A stretch of DNA of 64,000 nt from Alphaproteobacteria bacterium (GTDB lineage: Bacteria; Pseudomonadota; Alphaproteobacteria; SHNJ01). The number at the start of each line of letters is the position of its first letter. Positions within the stretch are counted from its first letter, which is position 1. Both the position numbers and the translations under genes were made by a program. Under the pieces are notes generated by a model, which was not told where the DNA came from, searched no databases, and was given only the letters and a program-made list of their open reading frames with translations. The stretch lies in NCBI GenBank assembly GCA_004295055.1, contig SHNJ01000007.1, forward strand, positions 73,081 to 137,080. The letters run 5' to 3'. Below, piece after piece: positions 1 through 9,610 of this stretch.

Positions 1-422
1 GCCGGGTGGCACGGTCCAATATTCCAATCCTGTTGAAAATGGGTGCAAAGGTACGCGTGATCGCGCCCCAATCCATGATGCCGCCAAATTATTTCGGCGG
101 ACAGGTGCAAAGTTTTACCGATTTGCGCGCAGGGATCAAGGATGCCGATATTGTGATGATGTTGCGCATTCAAAAAGAACGGATGCAAACCGACGAAGTT
201 CCCAATGAACGCGAATATGCGTTTCATTATGGGCTGGATATGGAAAAATTGAAATTGGCAAAGCCGGATGTTTTGGTAATGCATCCAGGGCCAATGAATC
301 GCGGCGTTGAAATTGATTCCGCGGTGGCCGATAATCCAAAACACAGTATTATTTTGGACCAGGTTAGTATGGGTGTTGCCATGCGCATGGCGATTTTGGA
401 ATGGATTTTAGCAGGTAAATAA
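1..422 (+). CDS. pyrB: Aspartate carbamoyltransferase catalytic subunit, C-terminal fragment (gene starts upstream of window)
   Basis: Translation contains the ATCase C-terminal motif [11 protein letters not shown] and conserved [13 protein letters not shown]; the ORF is open to the window edge. Confidence 0.85.
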   Translation, partial: RVARSNIPILLKMGAKVRVIAPQSMMPPNYFGGQVQSFTDLRAGIKDADIVMMLRIQKERMQTDEVPNEREYAFHYGLDMEKLKLAKPDVLVMHPGPMNRGVEIDSAVADNPKHSIILDQVSMGVAMRMAILEWILAGK

Positions 423-1106
423 ATGACTATATTCGATTCGATCAGCTTGGTATTCGTGTTTATGTTCTGCTATTTCATTGGCGCGATCCCATTTGGGCTG
501 ATCGTTACCAAATATGCTGGCTTAGGCGATATTCGCAATATTGGATCCGGCAATATTGGCGCAACCAATGTGCTGCGCACCGGACGCAAAGGCTTAGCGG
601 CGCTAACTTTGCTGTTGGACGGATTAAAAGGCGCGGTGGCGGTTTATTTGGGCACCCATGTATTAATGCCAGCCCACTTGGCTGAATTTAAAGACAATTA
701 TATTGCCGTATCGTCTTTGGCAGTGGTGCTTGGGCATATATTTCCGGTGTGGCTGAAGTTTAAGGGCGGAAAGGGCGTTGCCACGACATTCGGAGCCTTT
801 GCCATGATAAATCCAATATGGGCGTTAATGTTATTCATTATCTGGATGGGAATGGCGTTTAGTTTTCAATATTCTTCACTGTCCGCTCTTGTGGCTACTT
901 TTATTGCCCCTTTTATAGGGAAATATGTTTTCGATTTTTCTGGTACCGTATTTATTTCAACCTGCATTATTGCGGCGATAGTGATTATTAAGCATAAATC
1001 TAACATTCAGCGATTGTTGAATGGCACGGAAAGCAAAATTAATTTAAAGAAAAAATCCGCGCCACGGCAGGACAACCAAGATGACGGCACCGGTGTACCG
1101 CTCTAA
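423..1106 (+). CDS. plsY: Glycerol-3-phosphate acyltransferase PlsY
   Basis: Multi-TM protein with the PlsY signature GSGNIGATNVLRTGRK and FKGGKGVAT. Confidence 0.9.
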   Translation: MTIFDSISLVFVFMFCYFIGAIPFGLIVTKYAGLGDIRNIGSGNIGATNVLRTGRKGLAALTLLLDGLKGAVAVYLGTHVLMPAHLAEFKDNYIAVSSLAVVLGHIFPVWLKFKGGKGVATTFGAFAMINPIWALMLFIIWMGMAFSFQYSSLSALVATFIAPFIGKYVFDFSGTVFISTCIIAAIVIIKHKSNIQRLLNGTESKINLKKKSAPRQDNQDDGTGVPL

Positions 1107-2247
1107 TTCAGCGCCCAATTACGCGGCGCAGCCCTCAATCTCGGCCGAGGAGAAAATCCATTGGCTGCGACTGATTCGTTCTGAAAACGTTGGACCTATT
1201 ACTTTCTACCAATTGCTGCAACGGTTTGGCACCGCCAAAAAAGCCATCGAGGCCTTGCCGCATCTGGCCCGGCGCGGCGGTAAAAACGGCAATTTAAAAA
1301 TTTGTACGCTGGCGGATGCCGAAGCTGAAATGAAAGCCCATGAAAAGCATGGTAGCCGGATTGTGGTTGCCGCCGAAGCCGAATATCCGCCATTGCTAAA
1401 ACAAATCGAAGACGCGCCGCCAATTTTATCCGTGCGCGGCCATGCGCATTTGTTGCAAAAACCTTGTGCCGCGATTGTGGGTACACGCAATGCGTCGGCG
1501 GCTGGGCGTAAGTTTACTGAAAAACTGGCCAGTGAATTGGGCGAGGCGGGATATATCGTGGCCTCCGGCTTGGCGCGCGGGATTGATTCCGCCGCGCATA
1601 TTGCCGCGTTGCGAACCGGAACGATTGCGGTGATGGCCGGTGGCATCGATCAAATATACCCGCCGGACAATCAGGAATTATACAATCAAATCACGGAACA
1701 AGGAGTGCTGGCCAGTGAAATTCAATTCGGTATCAACCCGCAAGCGAGGCATTTCCCGCGCCGCAATCGGATTGTATCGGGATTGTCGCTGGGCGTTGTG
1801 GTGATCGAAGCCGCGTTACAATCGGGATCGTTAATCACCGCGCGTTGCGCGCTGGATCAAAACCGCGAAGTATTTGCCGTGCCCGGATCGCCGCTCGACC
1901 CGCGTTGCCAGGGCACCAACAGTTTGATTAAACAAGGTGCGACCTTGGTCGAATCGGCGGGCGATGTTCTGGAAGTATTACGCCGCATACAACCGCCCGC
2001 GGCCCATACCAAATCCGATGTATTTTTCAAGGCCCTGGCCTTTACCGAAGAAAAGGCAGAACAGATGATTGCCGAGGCCACACCTATTATATTAGAGCTT
2101 TTAAGCGCCACCCCAACCCCCATTGACGACTTGATCCGAATGTCGGGTTTAACCGCGCCAATCGTGCTTTCTGTGATCATGGAACTAGAGCTGGCAGGCC
2201 GTTTACAGCGCTTCCCTGGAAATAAAGTTGCATTATTCTATCATTAG
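1081..2247 (+). CDS. dprA: DNA processing/protecting protein DprA (Smf)
   Basis: Rossmann-like DprA core (IVGTRNAS, SGLARGIDSAAH, FAVPGSPLD) plus C-terminal winged-helix region; the predicted start overlaps the plsY 3' end so the true start is uncertain. Confidence 0.9.
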   Translation: MTAPVYRSNSAPNYAAQPSISAEEKIHWLRLIRSENVGPITFYQLLQRFGTAKKAIEALPHLARRGGKNGNLKICTLADAEAEMKAHEKHGSRIVVAAEAEYPPLLKQIEDAPPILSVRGHAHLLQKPCAAIVGTRNASAAGRKFTEKLASELGEAGYIVASGLARGIDSAAHIAALRTGTIAVMAGGIDQIYPPDNQELYNQITEQGVLASEIQFGINPQARHFPRRNRIVSGLSLGVVVIEAALQSGSLITARCALDQNREVFAVPGSPLDPRCQGTNSLIKQGATLVESAGDVLEVLRRIQPPAAHTKSDVFFKALAFTEEKAEQMIAEATPIILELLSATPTPIDDLIRMSGLTAPIVLSVIMELELAGRLQRFPGNKVALFYH

Positions 2248-2282
2248 AGTATAAGAGACAACTTTATAACTCACGGGGTACC

Positions 2283-3053
2283 ATGAGCAACGTCGTTATC
2301 GTCGAATCGCCGGCCAAGGCCAAGACTATTAATAAGTATCTGGGATCGGATTACACCGTTATCGCCAGTTTCGGTCATATCCGCGATTTGCCATCCAAAG
2401 ACGGTTCGGTCAAGCCGGACGAAGACTTTTCTATGATTTGGAGCCTCGAAGACCGGGGCGAGGCGCGTATTGCCGAGATTATTAAGGCCCTTAAGAATGC
2501 CGATACTTTATATTTAGCCACCGACCCTGACCGGGAAGGGGAAGCCATTTCCTGGCACGTTAAGGAAGTTTTGCAGGAAAAACGGGCGCTTAAGGACGTA
2601 AATGTCCGCCGCGTGACGTTCAATGAAATTACCAAGTCGGCTGTTAAAGACGCTTTTGACCATGCCCGCGACATAGACTCCCAATTGGTCGAAGCATACT
2701 TGGCGCGCCGGGCGCTGGATTATTTGGTGGGATTTAATATCTCACCAATTTTATGGCGCAAATTGCCAGGCTCTCGTTCGGCTGGGCGCGTGCAATCTGT
2801 TGCATTGCGTTTGATTTGTGAACGTGAATCCGAAATCGAAGTATTCAAGCCACAAGAATATTGGAGCATCCTTGGCACATTCAAATCCGCCAAAGGCCAT
2901 AGTTTCGAAGCGCGCTTGACGCATTTCGATAAGAAATTGGACAAATTCGATATCGGTAACAAGGATGCGGCGGATAAAATCCTGGCCGCTCTACAATCGC
3001 AACAATTCACCGTTGACGATATTGAAAAGAAAACCGTTCGCCGCAATCCATAA
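2283..3053 (+). CDS. topA: DNA topoisomerase I, N-terminal part (TOPRIM), ending at an in-frame TAA
   Basis: MSNVVIVESPAKAKTINKYLG and GHIRDLP TOPRIM motifs; the ORF stops at TAA 3051-3053 although the topA frame continues. Confidence 0.85.
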   Translation: MSNVVIVESPAKAKTINKYLGSDYTVIASFGHIRDLPSKDGSVKPDEDFSMIWSLEDRGEARIAEIIKALKNADTLYLATDPDREGEAISWHVKEVLQEKRALKDVNVRRVTFNEITKSAVKDAFDHARDIDSQLVEAYLARRALDYLVGFNISPILWRKLPGSRSAGRVQSVALRLICERESEIEVFKPQEYWSILGTFKSAKGHSFEARLTHFDKKLDKFDIGNKDAADKILAALQSQQFTVDDIEKKTVRRNP

Positions 3054-3122
3054 GCGCCGTTTATCACATCGACCTTACAACAAGAAGCATCGCGGAAACT
3101 TGGTTTAACTGCGTCCCGCACC

Positions 3123-4904
3123 ATGCGTTTGGCGCAGCAATTATATGAAGGCGTGGAAATCGGAGGCGAAACCGTTGGTTTGATCACCTATATGCGTACC
3201 GATGGTATTACATTGTCGGGCGAGGCGATTGGCCAAGCGCGCCGTTTCATCGAACGCGATTTTGGCAAAAATTATTTGCCGGATTCTCCGCGCGCTTATG
3301 TCAGTAAGGCGAAAAACGCGCAAGAAGCGCACGAAGCGATCCGCCCAACCGATATTTTCAGAACGCCGCAATCGATTGAAAAATACCTCGAAGGCGATCA
3401 GTATAAATTGTACGAATTGATTTGGAAACGCACCGTTGCTTGCCAAATGGAAAGCGCGGTATTGGACCAAGTCGGCGCCGATTTAAAAAGCACTGATGGC
3501 AAAAGTATTTTTCGCGCCACCGGTTCCGTGGTGGTGTTCGATGGATTTTTAAAAGTCTATCAAGAAACGCTGGACGAACCTGATGACAAAGAAGAAGGCG
3601 GACGTTTACCGGCGCTGGAAGTCGGCGAAAAAACCGCAAAAGAAAATATTCGCGGCGAACAGCATTTTACCCAGCCGCCGCCAAGATATTCCGAGGCAAG
3701 CCTTGTAAAGAAACTGGAAGAATTGGGCATTGGCCGTCCATCCACCTATGCCAGCATTATTCAGGTATTACAGGACCGCGATTATGTGCGGCTGGATAAA
3801 AAGCGCTTCATCCCGGAAGATCGCGGCCGTGTAGTCACGACGTTCTTGTCGGAATATTTTACCCGTTATGTGGAATATGGATTTACCGCCGGTCTGGAAG
3901 AACAGCTGGATGATATTTCCGCCGGCAATTTAAATTGGAAACAGGTTCTGCGCGATTTTTGGCGCGACTTCACCGGCGCGATTGAATCTTGCAAAGATTT
4001 GACGATCACCCAAGTTATCGACCGGTTGGATGCCGAATTGGGTCCGCATTTCTTTCCGCCGCAAAGTGATGGCCGCGATCCGCGCAAATGTCCGTCCGAC
4101 GGCGGACGTCTTGGTTTGAAACTGGGTAAATTTGGTGCCTTTATCGGTTGTTCCAATTATCCGGAATGCAAATTCACCAAACAATTGGCTGTTGCGCAGG
4201 CGGATGATGGCACTGGCACAGCCGATTTCCCGAACCAAAAGGAACTGGGCGTGGATTCCTTGTCCGGTATGATGGTCACGATCCGCAAAGGCCCGTATGG
4301 ATTTTATGTGCAATTGGGCGAGGCGGTGAAAAAAGGCGAAAAGCCGAAACGCATGGCCGTGCCGAAAAACGTGTCGCCGAACGATATTGATTTGGAAAAG
4401 GCATTGATCTTGCTTGCTTTGCCGCGCGATATCGGCAAACACCCGGAAAGCGGTGAAATGATCGCGGTGGGGCTTGGCCGTTTTGGTCCATTTCTGAAAC
4501 ATGGCGCGAAATACGTTACCTTGCCGCCAACCGAAGATATTTTTACGATCGGTATTAACCGCGCTGTTGTCGTTATTGCCGAAGCCAAAGATAAACCGTC
4601 CAATAACCGCGTTGCCGCAACGCCAGCCAAGGTTTTGGGCAATCACCCAACCGATGGCAAGCCAATCAAATCCGGCAAAGGCCGTTTTGGCCCGTATGTG
4701 CAATGGGGTAAAACCTATGCCTCGATCCCGAAATCGGTCGATCCCGATACGGTGGATTTAAATCAGGCGGTGGAATTGCTGGACGCTAAAATCGCCAAAG
4801 GCGCTGCGAAAAAAGCGGCAGCGGGCGGTGATGCGGATGTGGCGGAAAAACCAGCCAAACCAAAGGCCAAACGCGCGGCGAAGAAAAAAGCCGCTAGCGA
4901 ATAG
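3123..4904 (+). CDS. topA: DNA topoisomerase I, C-terminal part (catalytic Tyr region, zinc-ribbon and Lys-rich tail), same frame as the N-terminal part
   Basis: GLITYMRTDG active-site region and C4 zinc-ribbon cysteines; the 23 codons between 3054 and 3122 translate to APFITSTLQQEASRKLGLTASRT, a conserved TopA segment. Confidence 0.85.
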   Translation: MRLAQQLYEGVEIGGETVGLITYMRTDGITLSGEAIGQARRFIERDFGKNYLPDSPRAYVSKAKNAQEAHEAIRPTDIFRTPQSIEKYLEGDQYKLYELIWKRTVACQMESAVLDQVGADLKSTDGKSIFRATGSVVVFDGFLKVYQETLDEPDDKEEGGRLPALEVGEKTAKENIRGEQHFTQPPPRYSEASLVKKLEELGIGRPSTYASIIQVLQDRDYVRLDKKRFIPEDRGRVVTTFLSEYFTRYVEYGFTAGLEEQLDDISAGNLNWKQVLRDFWRDFTGAIESCKDLTITQVIDRLDAELGPHFFPPQSDGRDPRKCPSDGGRLGLKLGKFGAFIGCSNYPECKFTKQLAVAQADDGTGTADFPNQKELGVDSLSGMMVTIRKGPYGFYVQLGEAVKKGEKPKRMAVPKNVSPNDIDLEKALILLALPRDIGKHPESGEMIAVGLGRFGPFLKHGAKYVTLPPTEDIFTIGINRAVVVIAEAKDKPSNNRVAATPAKVLGNHPTDGKPIKSGKGRFGPYVQWGKTYASIPKSVDPDTVDLNQAVELLDAKIAKGAAKKAAAGGDADVAEKPAKPKAKRAAKKKAASE

Positions 4905-4909
4905 CTCCC

Positions 4910-5692
4910 TTATTTTTCAGCGACTGGGACCCTAGCGTTTCTTAATTTTCTAGTAAGGGAAGTAATGGAGACCGAGTTTGCGGCAGGGTGCTGGCGTTTC
5001 TGTACTTCATGCAAAGCGTCTCGGTACGGAATCGCTGTTGGCACAAGTGTTGTACATAAACGTCCGGCATTATCTATCACGCGATTGGCGCTATTGATGT
5101 TTTGATCAAGGTAGCTTGAGTCTCTTGCTTTACCATAAGCCCGCGCAGCGCGAATCGCATCATCTTGCGTCATGTTTTCAGGTACCAAAGTTTGATAAAC
5201 GCGATCCATTAATGGCCAGTTAAAATTTATATGCCCTTGTCTTGTTTGCAATAAAACTTCGCTTTGGCAGGTACGGACCATATGTTCCCCAATCGATGTT
5301 CTTTGATCCGGCGATAAACCCGTATGCCAGAATTGTACAAAATCTGCGGCGTTACGCGGCTGCGCAAAAAATTGCCTCAATGTGGAATGGGAGTTCCATC
5401 CTCTCCCACCCGGGATTAAATAGGCTAAACAAAAAATATCCAATCCAATGGGCGCATCTTGTTGTGCTTTGAAAGTAGCATCTGCGCGGCAGGCATAAGC
5501 AAGCAAAACTAGTGGTGAAACAGTTCCCTTTTGCCTTTCAATGTGGCTGATTAAGGCATCTGTTGCCACATCTACGGTAGTTTCGATAGTTTGCCCATCA
5601 CCGTCAACACAAACAATTTGCGGCTTGCGCGAAACCAACCATGCTTTCTCAGTGCTTTGGTTATAACCAGTGACATCACATATCCAGCTCAT
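4910..5692 (-). CDS. Hypothetical protein (no recognisable family), 260 aa
   Basis: Long ORF with coding-like composition between topA and the sugar cluster; no motif I can assign. Confidence 0.4.
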   Translation of the reverse strand: MSWICDVTGYNQSTEKAWLVSRKPQIVCVDGDGQTIETTVDVATDALISHIERQKGTVSPLVLLAYACRADATFKAQQDAPIGLDIFCLAYLIPGGRGWNSHSTLRQFFAQPRNAADFVQFWHTGLSPDQRTSIGEHMVRTCQSEVLLQTRQGHINFNWPLMDRVYQTLVPENMTQDDAIRAARAYGKARDSSYLDQNINSANRVIDNAGRLCTTLVPTAIPYRDALHEVQKRQHPAANSVSITSLTRKLRNARVPVAEK

Positions 5693-5819
5693 CTCACCCT
5701 CTATTATAGGTTCGTTTACTGAAATTCAGCCTAATATAAAAATAAGCCGAATCTCAAGAACAAATTCGGTGGCGAAATAATATAACCAAGGATAAGTCAG
5801 GGGTAGAGCTGGGCGGAGA

Positions 5820-6347
5820 TTAGAGTAACGGATAAGCCAAATCCCGTTCCGATATTATTCGATGAGTGATTTTTGGCCAATCGATGCCGATTTTTGGATC
5901 ATCCCAACGCAGGCCTTTGGATAATTCCGGATAATAAAATTCGGCCATTTGATAAAATACTTCACTGTTATCCGTCAGGGTTTGGAATCCGTGCGCGAAA
6001 CCTTCGGGGATATACATCGCACATCTATTTTCGGCGGTCAGTTCCACGCCAAACCATTCCAAGTAAGTATCGGAATCTGGACGGATATCGACCGCGACAT
6101 CGAAAATCCCGCCCATGGTGCAACGTACCAGTTTGGCTTCTTCGCGCGGAGCGGTTTGATAATGCAAACCGCGCAGCGTGCCAATCTTGTGGTTGAACGA
6201 AATATTGCATTGCGCCAATTTTGGATTGAGACCTTGTTTGATAAATTCTTCGCCGCACCAGGTGCGCGCAAAAAAACCGCGCTCGTCTGTTTGCAACTCC
6301 GGCTCGATAACAAATAGCCCTTCGATAGAGGTGGCGATAAATTTCAC
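5820..6347 (-). CDS. rfbC: NDP-4-keto-6-deoxyhexose 3,5-epimerase (RmlC-like cupin)
   Basis: RmlC family motifs (FIEPELQTDERGFF, RGLHYQ, DWP); likely GTG start at 6347 overlapping the upstream stop as TAGTG; the ORF track extends it to 6395. Confidence 0.8.
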   Translation of the reverse strand: MKFIATSIEGLFVIEPELQTDERGFFARTWCGEEFIKQGLNPKLAQCNISFNHKIGTLRGLHYQTAPREEAKLVRCTMGGIFDVAVDIRPDSDTYLEWFGVELTAENRCAMYIPEGFAHGFQTLTDNSEVFYQMAEFYYPELSKGLRWDDPKIGIDWPKITHRIISERDLAYPLL

Positions 6348-7618
6348 TATAATACCTTTACGGTTGGGATCGGTACCACGAACTTGCCGCCCCATTCCTT
6401 GATATAGGCATGGGTGTTAGCGACTTCATCCCGGATATTCCAAGGCAGAATTAATACATAATCCGGCTTGGTTTCCTTGATTTTTTCTGGCGCATAGATT
6501 GGAATATGCGTGCCGGGCAAAAACATATTCTGTTTATGCGGATTCAGATCCACCACATAATCCAGGAAATCGCCGCGAATGCCGCAATAATTCAGCAGCG
6601 TATTGCCCTTGGCCGCGGCGCCATAGCCGGCGATTTTCTTGCCTTGCTGCTTGGCTTCGATCAGGAATTCCAGCAATTTTTGCTTGGTCACGCGGACTTG
6701 TTGCGCGAATTTTTCATAAGTGCTGATTTGATCCAGCCCGAAAGTCAGTTCTTTTTTTAGAACATCTTGATATCCATCGGTCAAGGTCCGGTGGCCCTGA
6801 TGACAGGCGTGAATTCGCAAGCTGCCGCCATGGGTCGGTAATTCCTCGACATCGAAAATAGTTAGGCCGTGATGGGCAAAAACTTTGGAAATGGCGAGCA
6901 GGGAGAAATAACAGAAATGTTCATGATAAATAGTATCAAATTGGTTCTCTTCCATCAATTTCAGCAAATGGGGGAATTCAAAAGTGATAACGCCTTTTGG
7001 CGCCAGCAATATTTTTAATCCCAACACAAAATCGTTCAGATCGGGCACATGCGCCAAAACGTTGTTGCCCAATAATAAATCCGCTTGGCGGCCCTCGGCG
7101 ACCAATTTCTTGGCGCAAGCTACGCCAAAGAATTCAACACGGGTGGGAACGCATTTTTCGATTGCAACCTTGGCAACATTGGCGGCAGGCTCGATGCCCA
7201 AGGCAGGGATTCCGGCCTTTACAAAGTTCTGCAATAAATATCCGTCGTTGCTGGCAATTTCTATCACCAGCGAGCTTTTACCGATACCGTATTGTTTTTG
7301 CATTTGTTCGCAATAACGTTGGCAATGCGCCATCCAGCTGCTGGAATAGGATGAGAAGTATGCATAATCATGCGCAAAAATTTCTTCGGCGGTATGAAAC
7401 TGTTCCAACTGTACCAAGAAACATTTGTCGCAAACATAGGCGTGCAATGGATAAAACGGTTCCATATCTTTCAATTGATCTTCGCGCAAATAACGATTCG
7501 ATGGTGGGCTCATTCCCAAGTCGCACAGTGTTTGCGATAAATGGCCTTGGCAAAAACGGCAGATATTTTTCGGTGCCAGTCTTTCCTGTTTTGCGGCGAG
7601 ATTCGATACATTAGCCAT
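6347..7618 (-). CDS. NDP-hexose C-methyltransferase (TylCIII-like: N-terminal Cys4 zinc ribbon, SAM methyltransferase core, C-methyltransferase C-terminal domain)
   Basis: CRFCQGH...CDKC zinc ribbon, SAM-binding IEIASNDGYLL, long C-terminal domain typical of sugar C-methyltransferases; ATG at 7618 overlaps the rfbG stop (ATGGCTAA). Confidence 0.7.
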   Translation of the reverse strand: MANVSNLAAKQERLAPKNICRFCQGHLSQTLCDLGMSPPSNRYLREDQLKDMEPFYPLHAYVCDKCFLVQLEQFHTAEEIFAHDYAYFSSYSSSWMAHCQRYCEQMQKQYGIGKSSLVIEIASNDGYLLQNFVKAGIPALGIEPAANVAKVAIEKCVPTRVEFFGVACAKKLVAEGRQADLLLGNNVLAHVPDLNDFVLGLKILLAPKGVITFEFPHLLKLMEENQFDTIYHEHFCYFSLLAISKVFAHHGLTIFDVEELPTHGGSLRIHACHQGHRTLTDGYQDVLKKELTFGLDQISTYEKFAQQVRVTKQKLLEFLIEAKQQGKKIAGYGAAAKGNTLLNYCGIRGDFLDYVVDLNPHKQNMFLPGTHIPIYAPEKIKETKPDYVLILPWNIRDEVANTHAYIKEWGGKFVVPIPTVKVL

Positions 7619-8726
7619 GGTGATCCCCATTAATGAATTCCATAATTTGCGAACGGGTAACATTTTCAACATTTTTTCCTTGATGCTGAACGGCGTACCA
7701 GTGGGCCGTTTTTTGAATTGCCTGTTTTGTGGTCCAGCGCGGATTCCAGCCCAGCGTTTTGCGCGCCAGGCGGTTGTCCAACATCAATAATTTCGCTTCG
7801 TATATGCTATTGTCAGGCACATGTTTCCATTCAGCTTTGGACTTTGAACGGGTATTCCATTCTGTAACAAAATGGTCTGCAATCCAACCAACCGTTTGGC
7901 AATCGCGCGCGTCCGGGCCGATATTAAACGATAATAATGGCGATCGGTGTTTGGCGGTTTCCTCTACAATCCGCATGATCGCATAACAAGGTTCCAGCAC
8001 GTGTTGCCAGGGGCGCACCGATTGCGGATGACGCAGAATTAATGGCTGGCCTGTGCCAAAGGCGCGAACCGCATCTGGAATCAGCCTGTCCACCGACCAG
8101 TCGCCACCGCCAATCACATTGCCGGCACGCAATGTGGCGAATGGGATATTTCGCGATTTGAAATAACTATGCCAATAAGACGAGGTTACAATTTCAGCGC
8201 AGGCCTTGCTGGCGCCATACGGTTCGTAACCGCCCAATTTATCATTCTCGCCATAACCGCGCTGAACTTCGATATTTTCGTAAACTTTGTCTGTGGTGAA
8301 AATCAAAACCGCTTGCAGATCTTTGCATTCGCGTGCGGCTTCTAACACATGAATCGTGCCATTGACATTGGTTGAAAATGTATCGACCGGATCTTTGAAG
8401 GCTGGACGGACTAAGGCTTGTGCGCCCAAATGCAGAATAATATGCGGGTTGAATTCAGAAATGGCCTTTTTGACGGCGCCTGCATCACGCAAATCGGCGA
8501 TATGGTGCTTGCCATAATTTTTAATTCCGGAAAGATCATAAAAGCTTGGATCGCTGGATGGGGCTAACGAAAATCCGGCCAACTCGACTTCCATTTCACG
8601 CAGCCAGAAATACAGCCACCCGCCAATAAATCCGGTATGGCCGGTAATTAAAACGCGTTTATTTAGCCAGAAATTTTTATCTAAGGGGTGGGGAAGTTGG
8701 GTGGAACGGGAAAGAAAAGAAAACAT
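7611..8726 (-). CDS. rfbG: CDP-glucose 4,6-dehydratase
   Basis: N-terminal FWLNKRVLITGHTGFIGGWL Rossmann motif, YGASKACAE catalytic YxxxK, size and order after rfbF. Confidence 0.85.
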   Translation of the reverse strand: MFSFLSRSTQLPHPLDKNFWLNKRVLITGHTGFIGGWLYFWLREMEVELAGFSLAPSSDPSFYDLSGIKNYGKHHIADLRDAGAVKKAISEFNPHIILHLGAQALVRPAFKDPVDTFSTNVNGTIHVLEAARECKDLQAVLIFTTDKVYENIEVQRGYGENDKLGGYEPYGASKACAEIVTSSYWHSYFKSRNIPFATLRAGNVIGGGDWSVDRLIPDAVRAFGTGQPLILRHPQSVRPWQHVLEPCYAIMRIVEETAKHRSPLLSFNIGPDARDCQTVGWIADHFVTEWNTRSKSKAEWKHVPDNSIYEAKLLMLDNRLARKTLGWNPRWTTKQAIQKTAHWYAVQHQGKNVENVTRSQIMEFINGDHHG

Positions 8727-8730
8727 GCGC

Positions 8731-9534
8731 CTACCACAGACGCCATGGCGCCTGACCCTTGTTCCACATGTTGTTCAGCATTTCCATTTCGCGGTATGTA
8801 TCCATGCACTGCCAGAATCCGCCATGCTGATAAACGGCCAATTCGTCGTCACGCGCCAATTTCTCCAATACACCATTTTCCAGGCTGACATCGGTTGAAT
8901 CTTCATCGACATGATCGAATGCGGTTTTGTTTAATACCAGGAAGCCGCCATTGATCCAGCCTTCGGCGACTTGCGGTTTTTCGGCAAAACTATTGACCAT
9001 GCCTTCCTGTATGCCAAGTTCGCCAAACCGGGACGAGGGGCGCACGGCGGAAACCGTTCCCAGTTTTTGCGCGCGGCGATGAGTTTCCAATAATGCCTTT
9101 AAATCGATGTTCGATACACCATCGCCATAAGTCGCCATGAAAGTATCGTTGCGTACATATTTCAACGCCCGTTTGATACGCGATCCGGTCAGTGTGTCGC
9201 GGCCAGTCTCAGCCAGAACAATACGCCAGTCTTCACGATAGGTGTTGGTCAGTGTTTCAACATCGCCGGTTGAAAAATCAATGGCAAAATCGCTGTTCCT
9301 AAAGTGATAGTTTAAAAAATAATCGCGAATGGCATCGCCCTTATATCCAAGACACAGAATAAAATTCTTCACGCCAAAAGAATGGTAGTGTTTCATGATG
9401 TGCCACAGCACCGGGCGGCCACCGACCTCAACCATTGGTTTCGGCTTAAATTCGGTTTCTTCGCGCAATCGCGTGCCTAGGCCGCCGCATAAAATAATGG
9501 CGTCCATTTTGCCGATTTCGTTTGGTGCAACCAT
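8731..9534 (-). CDS. rfbF: Glucose-1-phosphate cytidylyltransferase
   Basis: DAIILCGGLGTRL nucleotidyltransferase motif and full-length similarity pattern to RfbF; true start probably the internal ATG (about 9507). Confidence 0.85.
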   Translation of the reverse strand: MVAPNEIGKMDAIILCGGLGTRLREETEFKPKPMVEVGGRPVLWHIMKHYHSFGVKNFILCLGYKGDAIRDYFLNYHFRNSDFAIDFSTGDVETLTNTYREDWRIVLAETGRDTLTGSRIKRALKYVRNDTFMATYGDGVSNIDLKALLETHRRAQKLGTVSAVRPSSRFGELGIQEGMVNSFAEKPQVAEGWINGGFLVLNKTAFDHVDEDSTDVSLENGVLEKLARDDELAVYQHGGFWQCMDTYREMEMLNNMWNKGQAPWRLW

Positions 9535-9610
9535 GTGAATAAAAACCTTAGGGAGGGACTTAATATCCCTTATAGTCTAGTAAAAGTTAAAGAAAGCTTA
9601 AATCGCTAAC

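Noticed and set aside
3930-4703. 257-aa minus-strand ORF inside topA. Similar long antisense ORFs lie inside recA (41706-42209), valS (44040-44648), argS (53083-53661), the CckA-like kinase (38245-38862), flgK (11742-12032, plus strand) and secD (62411-62821).
   Set aside because: Each lies opposite a strongly conserved gene whose translation carries unmistakable family motifs. The shadow ORFs have low-complexity Arg/Phe-rich translations typical of antisense frames in moderately GC-rich coding DNA.
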